Source: Squalus acanthias
Lineage: Eukaryota
Direction: 5' to 3'
DNA: 64,000 nucleotides
NCBI GenBank assembly: GCA_030390025.1
Contig: CM059432.1
Span: forward strand, 26,352,001 to 26,416,000
Position 1 is the first letter of the stretch. Every line of letters begins with the position of its first letter. A program made the translations under genes and the position numbers. Positions 1-10,688 of the stretch are shown piece by piece. Under the pieces are notes generated by a model. That model did no database searches. It was not told the DNA's origin and saw only the letters and a list, made by a program, of their open reading frames with translations.

Positions 1-3000
1 TGTATGTTGCCTCCCTGGTGCCAGGGTCAAGGATGTCACTGAGTGGCTGCAGAACATTCTGGGCTTGGAGGGTGAACAGCCAGAGGTCATGGTCCATATT
101 GGCACCAATGACATAGGTAGAAAGAGGGATGAGGTCCTACAGGCAGACTTTAGGGAGCTAGGAAAGAGATTAATAAGCAGGACCTCAAAGGTACTAATCT
201 TCATATTACACCCGGTGCCACGGGATAATGTGTACAGAAATAGGAGGAGAGAGCAGATGAATGCGTGGCTGGAGAGATGGTGCAGGAGGGAGGGCTATAG
301 ATTCTTGAGGCATTGGGACCAGTTCTGGGAGAGGTGGGACCTGTACAAGCTGGATGAGTTGCACCTCAACAGGGATGGGATCAATATACTTGCGGGCGGG
401 GGGTGGGTGGGGGAGGGCGGCGTGGTTGCTAGTGCTATTGGGTAGAGTTTAAACTAGCTTGGCAGGGGGATGGGAACCTGAGCAAAGATTCAGAAGGGAG
501 AGAAGCAAAGCCGGAAATGGAAGGCAGAAAATTAGTAAGCGAGTTTGGAAGGCAGAGGAAACAAAGGCTAGAAAATAGGCAAGTTTGGCAGTGCTTAATG
601 GTATATACTTCAATGCAAGGAGTCTAGTGAATAAGGAAAATGAGCTGAGGGCACAGATAAACATGTACAAGTATGATATCATAGCTATTACTGAAATATG
701 GCTGAAAGAAGGGCAGGAATGGAAGCTCGACATTCCTGATTACAGGGTATTCAGATGAGATAGAGAGGGGGATGAAAAATGAGGGGGGGGTCACAATATT
801 GGTTAAAGAAACAATTACAGCTGTGAGGCAGGATGATATGTTAGAAGGATTATCAAATGAGGCCATATGGGTTGAACTGAAGAACAAAAATAGGGGCAAT
901 CACACTGCTGGGAGTGTACTGTAGACCCCCAAACAATCAGAGGGAGATAAAGAGCAAATATGTAGGCAAATTTCTGAGAATTGCAAAAACAATAGGGCAG
1001 TATTAGTAGGAGATTTCAACTATCCTAATATTGACTGGGATAGAATCAGTGTAAAAGGTATAGAGGGCGCAGAATTCTTAACATGCAGTCAGGATAACTT
1101 TTTTAGCCAGTATGTAGGAAGCCCAACAAGAGATGGGACAGTTCTGGACTTAGTTTTAGGGAATGAAACTGGGTAGGTGAAAGGGGTATCAATGGGGGAG
1201 CATTTTGGTGATAGTGATCATAATTCAGTTAGATTTAGCATAGTTATGGAAAAGGACAAAGATAGATCAGGAGTAAGCATTCTCAATTGGGGAAAGGCCA
1301 ATTTTACTAAGCTGAGATGTGATTTAGCAAAAGTGGACTGGAAACAGCTACTTGAAGGTAACTCAGTGTCAGAGCAGTGGGAGGCATTCAAGGAGGAGAT
1401 AGTGAGGGTTCAGAGCAAATATGTTCCCAAAAAGAAAAAAGGTGGGACTCCCAAATCTAGAGCCCCCTGGAAGTCAAGGTGCATACAGGGTAGGATAAGA
1501 CAAAAAAGGGAAGCTTATGTCAGATACTGAGAGCTCAATACGGCAAAAAGCCTAGAGGAGTATAGAAAGTGCAAGGGGTGAAATTAAAAAGGAAATTAGG
1601 AAAGCAAAGAGAGGGCATGAAAAAATATTGGCAAGTAAAATCAAGGATAACCCAAAGATGTTTTATAAATACATAAAGAGCAAGTAACGAAAGAGTCGGG
1701 CCTATTAGAGACCAAAAAGTAACTTGTGTGTGGAGGCAGAAGATGTGGGTCTGGTTTCTAATGAATACTTTGCATCTGTCTTCACAAAAGAGAAGGACGA
1801 TGCAGACATTGTAGTTAAGGAGGAGGTGTGTGAAATATTAGATAGGATAAACATAATGAGAGAGGAAATATTAAGGGGTTTAGCATCTTTGAAAGTAGAT
1901 AAATTGCCAGGCCCGGATGAAATGTATCCCAGGCTTTTAAGAGAAGCAAGAGAGGAAATAGCCGAGGCTCTGACCATCATTTTCCAATCCTCTCTGGCTA
2001 CAGGCATGGTGCCTAAGGACTGGAGGACTGCTAATGTTGTACTGTTGTTTAAAAAGGGAGAAAGGGATAGACTGAGTAATTACAGGCCAGTCAGTCTAAC
2101 CTCAGTGGTGGACAAATTATTGAAAAAAATTCTGAGGGACAGTATTAATCGTCATTTAGAAAGGCAGATTAATCAAGGACAGTCAGCATGGATTTTTAAG
2201 GGAAGGTCATGTCTGCTAACTTAATTGTTTGATGTAGTCTACATTGATATTAGCAAGGCTTTTGACAAGGTCCCACATGGTAGACTGGTCAGAAAAGTAA
2301 AAGCCCATGGCATCCAAGGGAAGGTGGCAAGTTGGATCCAAAATTTGCTCAGTGGCAGGAAGCAAAGGGCAATGGTCGACGGGTATTTTTGTGACAGGGA
2401 GGCTGTTTCCAGTGGGGTTCCGCAGGGCTCAGTACTAGGTCCCTTGCTTTTTGTCGTATTTATCAATGATTTAGACTTCAATGTAGAGGGCATGATTAAG
2501 AAGTTTGCAGTTGATACAAAAATTGGCCGTGTGGTTGATAGAGAGGAAGGTAGCTGTAGATTGCAAGAAGATATCATTGGACTGGTCAGGTGGGCAGAAA
2601 AGTGGCAAATGGAATTGTGAGGTAATACATTTGGGGTGGGCTAACAAGGCAAGGGACTACACAATAAATGGTAGGATACTGAGAAGTGTAGAGGAAAAGA
2701 GAGACCTTGGAGTGCCTGTCCACAGATCCCGGAAGGTAGCTGGACAGGTAGATAAGGTGGTTAAGAAGGCACATGGGATATTTTCCTTTATTAGCCGAGG
2801 CATAGAATATAAGAGCAGGGAGGTTACGCTAGAACTGTATAAAACACCAGTTAGGCCACAGCTAGAGTACTGCATACAGTTCTGGTAACCACATTACAGG
2901 AAAGATGTGATTGCACTAGAGAGGGTACAGAGCAGATTTACGAGGATGTTGCCAGTACTGGAGAATTTTAGCTATGAGGAAAGATTGGATAGGCTGGGGT

Positions 3001-3335
3001 TGTTTTCTTTGGAACAAAGGAGGCTGAGGGGGGGGATTTTATTGAGATGTATAAAATTATGAGGGGCCAAGATAGAGTGGGTAGGAAGGACCTATTTGCC
3101 TTAGCAGAGAGGTCAATAGACAGAGGGCATAGATTTAAAGTAATTGGTATAAGGATCAGAGGGGAGCTGAAGAGAAACTTTTTAACCCAGAGGGTGGTGG
3201 GGGTCTGGAACTCAGTACCTGAAAGGGTGGTAGAGGCAGAAACCTTCATCACATTTAAAAGGTACTTGGATGTGCACTTGAAGTGTCATAACCTACAAGG
3301 GTACGGACCAGGAGCTGCAAAGTGGGATTAGTGGA
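1..3335 (+). mobile_element. CR1-clade LINE, degenerate (end of ORF1 esterase, then APE and RT of ORF2); 3' UTR missing
   Basis: ORF 65-445 has the SGNH motif HIGTND. Downstream frames give the APE motif GDSDHN and RT motifs YRPVSLTS, KAFDKVPH, GVPQGSVLGP, plus RNFLTQRVV. Many stops and frameshifts. Confidence 0.95.
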
Positions 3336-3970
3336 TTCCATTCGTAACCACTCATTGTGTAAAAAAAGTTTCTCCTTCTGTCGCCTCCGGTTCTTTTGCC
3401 AATCTCTTTAAATCTGTGCCGTCTGGTTATCGAGCCAACCGCCATTGGAAACAGTGGGGGAAAAATTTGGTACCTTAGCACCTCCCGTTAGCTCCAGAAG
3501 ATGCCGCTAATGGGGTGCTAGGGCAGAATCGCTGGGGCGAGGCGAATCCAACACCGCAAGCCAAATCCCGCCCCCCCCCCACCCCCCCCAGCAGCGCCAC
3601 TGCTAACAGTTATCGTCGGGAGCCTCAATGCCAGGTGGATCGTGACATCAGTGAGTGTGCAACATTCACTGGCTGCCCGATCTGCAAAATTGATTGTCGC
3701 CACCTATCTTAGCGCCTGGAGTAAACCACGACAGTGAGAGCTGACGTGAAGCAGCAGGAAGGCAACTCCAGGGATGTTATTTAAAGAGATCATCAGTAAT
3801 GAGTCACAGCTATGGGTTAGTGGAGTGTCCGTGCTTGCTTGTCAGTTTCACATAGTGCATAAGTCTCATTCCGTAATTTCAAGGTTATTTAGTATCAGGA
3901 GTGTTGTGGCAACTAAAAAGTAGCTACACTTATTCTTAAAAAAATCAAACTGCCACAATTGGTTACATTA

Positions 3971-4980
3971 ATGTGGGCTGTACTGGCAGTCGACCTCGCC
4001 CTCCAGAATCTATGGTGGAGGGAGCGGAGGCAGCGAGAAAGACTAGAACATGTGGCCAGAGGGAGGAGGAGGGCCATCAGGGATCCCAACAGGAGGCCTT
4101 ACCATCTGAGGGTATTCCGAGAGAACTTCACCGACCTCCAATTAAGCGAGGAGCAGTGTATTAGAAGGCTCTGCTTCACCAAGGAGGTGGTCACTGAACT
4201 CTGCCACCTCCAGCAACCAGACCTCAAGCCTCAGATCAGGGCAACCAGACTCTCTCAGTGGCAGTCTTCCCCATCACAAGAGAGAAGCAGGACGAGCGTG
4301 CATGTGGCTTTGCTAGGATAGCGGGATTCCCGGTGGCGCAGGGCGCCATTGACTGCACCCACGTAGCTTTGTGGACGCCGCATAACAATCCTGAGATCTT
4401 CCGTAACTGCAAGGGCTACCACTCACTTAATGTGCAGTTGGTGTGCAACCACAGACAGCTAATCCTCAATGTCAATGCCCGCTATCCTGGCAGCAGCCAC
4501 GATGCCTTCATCCTGTGCCAGACTGGTGTGCCAGCACTCCTCCAGCCACCATGTCAAGCTCGCGGCTGCCTGTTCGGAGACAAGGGCTACCCGCTCTGCA
4601 CCTGGCTTATGACTCCCCTCCGCAACTCCAACACTCCTGCCCAGCACTCATATAATGAGAACCATGCTGCCACCAGGAACACCATCGAGCTGACCATCGG
4701 GGTGCTCAAGCAATGGTTCTGCTGCCTTGACCACTCAGGAGGAGCCCTCCAGTACTTGGCTGAGTGGGTGTCCCATTTCGTGGTGGCCTGCTGCATGCTC
4801 CACAACTTGGCCATCATGAGGGCCCAGTCCTTACTAACAGGGATTGCGGGACCACCTCAGGAGGAGGAGGATGAGGAGGACAAGGAGGAGGAGGAACGGG
4901 AGTGAGGGAGGTGGCGGCCACTCAATCGGCCTTCCAGAAGGGCAGTCCGTGACTGCCTCATCAGACTGCGATTCAAATGA
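3971..4980 (+). pseudogene. Harbinger transposase pseudogene (family B)
   Basis: Motifs GAIDCTH, GDKGY, IELTIGVLK and CCMLHN are present. Internal deletion with frameshift near 4265 and a premature TGA at 4903-4905. Confidence 0.9.
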
Positions 4981-5223
4981 ATTAAACCCCAGATCCCCAT
5001 TGCTCACCACATCCCCATCATTCCATCCCTGTTGCAGGCCATTTCACAGCACAAAGCTGAAATGAGACACATCACAAAATAATCCAAACTGAATTAATAA
5101 ATTGATCAAAAATCAGTGAAAACATATATTTACAATAAAAATATTAATTATTCATCCTTGTGGAATCCCTTAGTGCCTCTCGTTACTGTGCCTTTGCCTA
5201 CTCTAGTGCTCCTACGAAGTGTT

Positions 5224-5833
5224 AGAAACATAGAAAAATAGGAGCAGGAGTAGGCCATTCGGCCCTTCGAGCCTGCTCCGCCATTCAATATGATCATGGC
5301 TGATCCTCTATCTCAATACCATATTCACGCTCTCTCCCCATACCCCTTGATGCCTTTTGTGTCTAGAAATCTATCTATGTCCTTCTTAAATATATTCAGT
5401 GACTTGGCCTCCACAGCCTTCTGTAGTAGAGAATTCCACAGGTTCACCACCCTCTGAGTGAAGAAATTTCTCCTCATCTCAGTCCTAAATGTCCTACCCT
5501 TTATCCTGAGACTGTGACCCCTTGTTCTAGACCCCCCCAGCCAGGGGAAACATCCTCCTGCATCCAGTCTGTCTAGCCCTGTCAGAATTTTATACGTTTC
5601 AATGACATTCCCTCTCATTCTTCTAAACTCTAGTGAATACAGGCCTAGTCGACCCAATCTCTCCTCATACGACAGTCCTGCCATCCCAGGAATCAGTCTG
5701 GTGAACCTTCTATGGCAAGTATATCCTTTCTTAGGTAAGGAGACCAAAACTACACACAGTACTGAAGGTGTGGTCTCACCAAGCCCCTGTACAACTGTAG
5801 TAAGAAATCCTTGCTCCTGTACTCAAATCCTAA
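5224..5833 (-). mobile_element. 5'-truncated CR1 3' fragment inserted in Harbinger B
   Basis: RT C-terminus RFTRLIPGMAGLSYEERL...; 3' UTR and (TTCTATGT)n-type tail at 5224; short GTT duplication at the flanks. Confidence 0.9.
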
Positions 5834-7124
5834 GTTGGCCCAGTAGCTGCAGCACGGCTGCTGGAAGGCTGCTGAGTGTCCGTGCGGGAGACTTCAGATG
5901 GCCTTGCAGGATGCCCTCGACCAGCTCTGGGCCTGGAAGGCCCGGCTGTAGACTGCACTACCTCAGCATGGGCAGCAGCAGTCTGGGCTGGCTGGATGAC
6001 AGGCAGCGACAAGGGCAATGGTGGAAAGGCACTGGTGGGAGCAGGAATGTTGTCATCCTAAGAGAGGACAGCAGGTTTCTGCTCCACTGACCCACTGCCA
6101 CTCTCCCGGAGCAGCACCTCAGCATCCCTAGCAATCTGTTGGAGCACAGATTGTTGGCCTGCTGCGACACCATGAAAGCCCCAGTCGACGGTGGTAGACC
6201 CAGCCATGATGGCAGCAGTCAGAGCTTGCATGGCATCAAGCTGAGACTGCATGAGAGCAGTTTAAGATTGGATGCCACCAAGCATAGACTGCATTACAGC
6301 ACTAAGATGTTGTGTCGCTTCCACCTGTGCTGCAATGGAAGCTGCCAGATCGCCCATCGCACGCGACATCTGGTCTGGGTTGCCACAGTCTCTCTGGGAG
6401 TCTACGATCCTTTGCAGACTGGAAATGATGGGCTCCATGGTGTGCGCAATGTCGGAGGCGGACTCCTCCATGCTCCTTATCATTGAGGGCATCCTTGCTA
6501 TTGCACCTATCATTTCCATGTGCATGCCCATCACCCTTCTTCTAAACACCTCCCCATCGAGGTCCTCACCTGAGTCCTGTGCAGCAGAACTTACGAGAGA
6601 ACTCACCCTCTGGAGAGCTGGCTCCCGAGCTACCCTTTCCCCCTGGCCTTGCTGCAGCCCACTCGCCCCCGGTACCTCACCCTGTGCAGATCGCGCTACT
6701 ATATTAGCCTCTAAACATAGAAACATAGAAACATAGAATCTAGGAGCAGGAGTAGGCCATTCGGCCCGTCGAGCCTGCTCCACCATTCAATACGATCATG
6801 GCTGATCATCCAAATCCAGTACCCTGTCCCTGCTTTAATCCCCACAGTACACATATCCCACCCTACCCCCGTAACCCCACGTATTTAATTCCCCCTAACA
6901 TATCCCATCCTATCCCCATAACCCCACATATTTAATCCCCCCCTAACACTAAGGGGTAAAAATTCACTTGGTTGCGCCTCCCGTTAGCGCCTTAAGAGGG
7001 CGCTAATGGGGCGTTAAGCCGCTAACGCCCGGGCGCAGCGCTGTTTGCGCCGCTCGAGAACTTAACTTGAGATTGTGCGGCGGCGCTAAAACTTACCGCT
7101 GCGACCACCTGCGCGCGCAGATTG

Positions 7125-7269
7125 TGACGTCATTCCATGGTGCAACGCCCTTGGGGCGCCCCGGAGCGGAAATTGAGTGGCGCCCCCTGCCTTACCGCCT
7201 GGCGCTTCCAACGACCGGAAGACTGGAACGTTATCAATCGGTGTGGGGCTGGGGGGGGCGCTATTTAAA
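7125..7269 (+). promoter_or_regulatory. Putative transposase promoter: CRE-like TGACGTCA (7125-7132) and TATA-like TATTTAAA (7262-7269)
   Basis: Both motifs are kept in all three A copies (TATA also at 18730 and 27280) and in related MITEs, about 200 nt upstream of the ATG. Function is inferred only. Confidence 0.5.
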
Positions 7270-7463
7270 GGGGGCCTCTTCCTGTCTTTTTCTGTGGTCG
7301 ACATTTATGCACCACTCGTTCTGAGAGAGAGAGAGAGATTCGGAGAGAGAGAGAGAGAGACTTCTACATTGACTCAACGCTTTGTGAGGTAGTTTTGCCT
7401 ATTCATCCTAACTTTGTTGCTACTTTAGTTGCTGTACCTCATTACTTTTCTGGCAAAGAGAAT

Positions 7464-8624
7464 ATGGGGGCTGCAATGATTGGGGGCGTCGTCCTGCTCC
7501 AGCTGAATCGGAGGATACCAAGATGCAGACAGAGAGTGGCAATGATGGCCAGACGGAGGAGGGCCATCAGGCGCATGTACAGGAGAGCTTACCCTCCCAG
7601 GGTATATCGTGAACAGCTCTCCTACATCCATATGTCCGAGGAGCTGTGTTTGCGAAGGCTGCGATTCAGCAAGGAGGTGGTCACTGAGCTCTGCCACCTG
7701 CTGCAGCCAGATCTGCAGCCTCAGCTGAGGTCCAGGACGTCTCTGTCGGTGGCAGTGAAGGTCACAGTGGCTTTGAACTTCTACGCCACTGGCTCATTCC
7801 AAGCTGCTGTTGGGGACCTCGCCAATATCTCCCAGTTTGCGGTGCATCGCTGCATCTGGCAGGTCACCAATGCCCTCTTCAGAAGGAGACGAGACTTCAT
7901 CTCTTTCCCTATGACCCCAGACAAGCAGCGTGACCGTGCTCTGGGCTTTGCGAGGGTAGCGGGCTTCCCCATGGTGCAGGGCACCATTGACTGCACGCAT
8001 GTGGCTTTGCGTGCTCCGCGAGAGAATGCAGAGGAATTCAGGAACAGAAAGGGGTTCCATTCCTTGAATGTGCAGTTGGTCTGTGACCACAGACAGGTGA
8101 TACTCGCTGTCAATGCCCACTATCCGGGCAGCTGCCACGATGCTTTCATCCTGCGCCAGACTACTGTGGCAGAAGTTTTCGAGGCACCGCATCAGCCAGT
8201 TGGTTGGCTTCTGGGGGACAAGGGGTACGCATTGAGCACCTGGCTGATGACACCGCTCCGTACGCCAAACAACCCTGCTGAGCTGCGGTACAATGAAAGC
8301 CATCAAGCAACCAGGAACATTATTGAGCGCACAATCGGCGTGCTGAAACAACGGTTCCGCTGTCTGGACCATTCCGGAGGAGCCCTGCAGTACTCGCCTG
8401 AGCAAGTTTCGAACTTCGTAGTCGTGTGCTGCATGTTGCACAACATGGCAATCCTCAGGACCCAGCCAATGCCACCAGGCCTTGTAGCACCACCAGAGGA
8501 GGAGGAGGAAGAGGAGGAAGAGGACGAGGACGATGATCATCAGCAGCACCAAGGCAGGAGGGCGGCCCACAATGGTCAAACTGCAAGGGCCGTCCGTCAA
8601 CGACTAATAGCAAGCCACTTCTAG
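7464..8624 (+). CDS. Harbinger/PIF DDE transposase (HARBI1-like family), 386 aa, open
   Basis: First ATG at 7464; catalytic motifs GTIDCTH, GDKGY, IERTIGVLKQRF; CCMLHN; acidic tail; no stops. Confidence 0.95.
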   Translation: MGAAMIGGVVLLQLNRRIPRCRQRVAMMARRRRAIRRMYRRAYPPRVYREQLSYIHMSEELCLRRLRFSKEVVTELCHLLQPDLQPQLRSRTSLSVAVKVTVALNFYATGSFQAAVGDLANISQFAVHRCIWQVTNALFRRRRDFISFPMTPDKQRDRALGFARVAGFPMVQGTIDCTHVALRAPRENAEEFRNRKGFHSLNVQLVCDHRQVILAVNAHYPGSCHDAFILRQTTVAEVFEAPHQPVGWLLGDKGYALSTWLMTPLRTPNNPAELRYNESHQATRNIIERTIGVLKQRFRCLDHSGGALQYSPEQVSNFVVVCCMLHNMAILRTQPMPPGLVAPPEEEEEEEEEDEDDDHQQHQGRRAAHNGQTARAVRQRLIASHF

Positions 8625-8918
8625 GGCCCCTGCCATTGCTACAAACACTAATCAACCCAGCACGCAACCCCTAAGCCGGCCAAGGCACCAATAATTCCAA
8701 CCACCAGCCATGTATATTTTGAATACAGAAACTTATTTATTTTACAAACTCTGTGTGTGTCAATTCCTCATGACAAACTCATAGAAATAAACACAAAAAA
8801 ACAGTCAATAACATAACTGGTTCTCACAACCTGGAGATAATGTCCAAAACACTAAACAAAAGTTGGACCATGAACCTCGGCCTTTAATAAAAAAATGACC
8901 AGCATTTTGGCACACCTC

Positions 8919-10688
8919 CTACTTTTTGCCCTTCGAGGGTGATCTCCTTCCCTTGCGCACTTCCCCCCTTCTAACCCTACTGCTCCTCCGTAATGGGACC
9001 TCAGTGGCTGCAGCAAGGCTGGTGGAAGGCTGCTGCTCGTCAGACCCTGACACTGCAGATGCCCCTGAAGGACGGCCTCGACCACTTCTGGGCCTGGAGG
9101 GCCCGGCTGCAGACTGCACCAACTCTGCATGGGCGGCAGCAGTCTGTCCTACAGGCGGTGGCAAGTGCAGTGGAGAAGTGACAGTGTTGGCAGCAGGAAT
9201 GCTGTCATCGTGAGAGAGGCCAGCAACTCCCTGCTCGCCCGACACACTGGCACTCCCACGGGGCAGCACTTCAGCATCCGGAGCAATTTGCCGGAGAACA
9301 GATTGCTGGCCTGCTGCGGCGCGGTGACAGCCCCGGGGACATGTGCACGAACCATCGAGGTTGGCAGCAGTCTGTGCTCGCGTGGCCTCCATCTGAGTCT
9401 GTATGAGAGCAGTCAGAGGTGGGATCACGGCAGCCAGTGACTGAATTGCAGCACTAAGCGTTAGTGTGGCATCCGCCTGTGCTACAGCGAAGTGCTCCAC
9501 ACTCCTTGCCAGTGACTCAATGCAATCGGGCACCCTTCCCACTGCACCCATGAGCTCAGTGTGCATGCCCACCGCCTGGGTGTTCATTTCTGCAATCAGC
9601 CGCTCCTCCTCTGCGTCCATTGCAGTAGGAGTGTCTGGCATACTCTCCCTCTGGGGAGAAGGCCCCCGTTCTTCCCTACCGCCCCCCATGGCGTTGCTGC
9701 AGCCCGCTGGGTCCTGGAGCTTCACCATCATCAGCCCCTTCCCCCCTGCTCCCCTCCGGGGAAGGCGTGTTCCCAGTGTGGGCATGGGCTTCCTCGGGAG
9801 AGGGTGGCACTGATGCTCTGGCTTCCTCTTCCTCCTCAGCTGCAGCATCACTCCCAGTGGCAGCTTCAGGGCCCGTCTCCTCAGCTGGTGAATCACCATC
9901 TGAAACCAGGGAGGTACAAGAGTGGCTTTAGCGTGAGGACAGGGTGGCAGTAAGGGAGGAATAAGTGCAGCGAGTTAGCAAGTTGGATTGAAAGTGTCAA
10001 AGGCTGGTATTGTGAGGGACAAGTGGAAGACAAGAGGACAAAAAGGTGATGACCTTACCATTGCTGTCCACAACGGGGTCGGCGTCTCCAGTGGCGACGG
10101 GACCGATCACCCGGCTTGCCACAATCCTGTGGACGCGCTCCTCCAGATCGCTGAGGGGTTGCAGCTGAAGCCGCCCTCCACCCGTCCGTTGCTGCTGTCT
10201 CCGATTATGAGCCAGCTTAGCCTGCAAGAAAAAGGACAGCATCTGAGTAAATATACAGCCATGGTCTTGCCTGATGTGCCTCCCATAGGTGAATAGCCCT
10301 TACTGTATGCAAAGTGTGGAATGTGCGTGTGTGTTTGATGAAAGGGCCATAGGTGTTGGATGAGTGTTGTGCATTGGGGTTTTAAGACCCTCTGGCCATA
10401 GAGTGAGGTTGAGATGGAGGGATGGAGAGGTATTGAGAAAAAGCCACTCACCCTGACGACCCGAGTGAGGTCGTTGAACTTTTTGCGGCATTGAGTATGG
10501 GTCCTGGGCACCATGCTCCTGGAGGAGACGCTCTGAGCCAGCTCCCTCCACACTCTTCTGAACTCGCGTGGCAAAGGCCTCCTGCCACTCTCAGGGAACA
10601 GCATACATCGTCTGCGCTCCACTGCATCAACCAGAGCATCCAAGGCCCGCTCGGTGAAGCGATGAGCGCGTACTCTCACCCTCTCCAT
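8919..10688 (-). pseudogene. Myb/SANT-like gene of Harbinger A copy 1; exons 10688-10452, 10221-10059, 9899-8919; +1 frameshift near 9680
   Basis: FTERALDALV..W..RTHTQCRKKFNDL trihelix/Myb signature; canonical GT-AG introns; one extra base in the C-run near 9680 relative to copy 3. Confidence 0.85.

Noticed and set aside
7794..8600. 268-aa antisense ORF overlapping the transposase (also 27812-28618)
   Set aside because: It is broken by a stop in copy 2 and is a likely shadow of GC-rich coding sequence.
7464..8624. Calling the transposase ORFs the domesticated host gene HARBI1, or the Myb genes NAIF1/MSANTD
   Set aside because: They are multicopy and lie inside TIR- and TSD-bounded elements, so they are transposon genes.
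8919..9899. 326-aa ORF starting MVIHQ as a standalone gene
   Set aside because: The ATG is the start of exon 3 read out of frame; the long ORF exists only because of the frameshift in copy 1.
10256..10309. 54-bp unit as a hammerhead ribozyme (CUGAUGU-GCCU-cccau-AGGU-GAAU on the + strand)
   Set aside because: Core positions A9 and A15.1 are U, no stem I can form, and the family B homologue breaks C3 and stem II.
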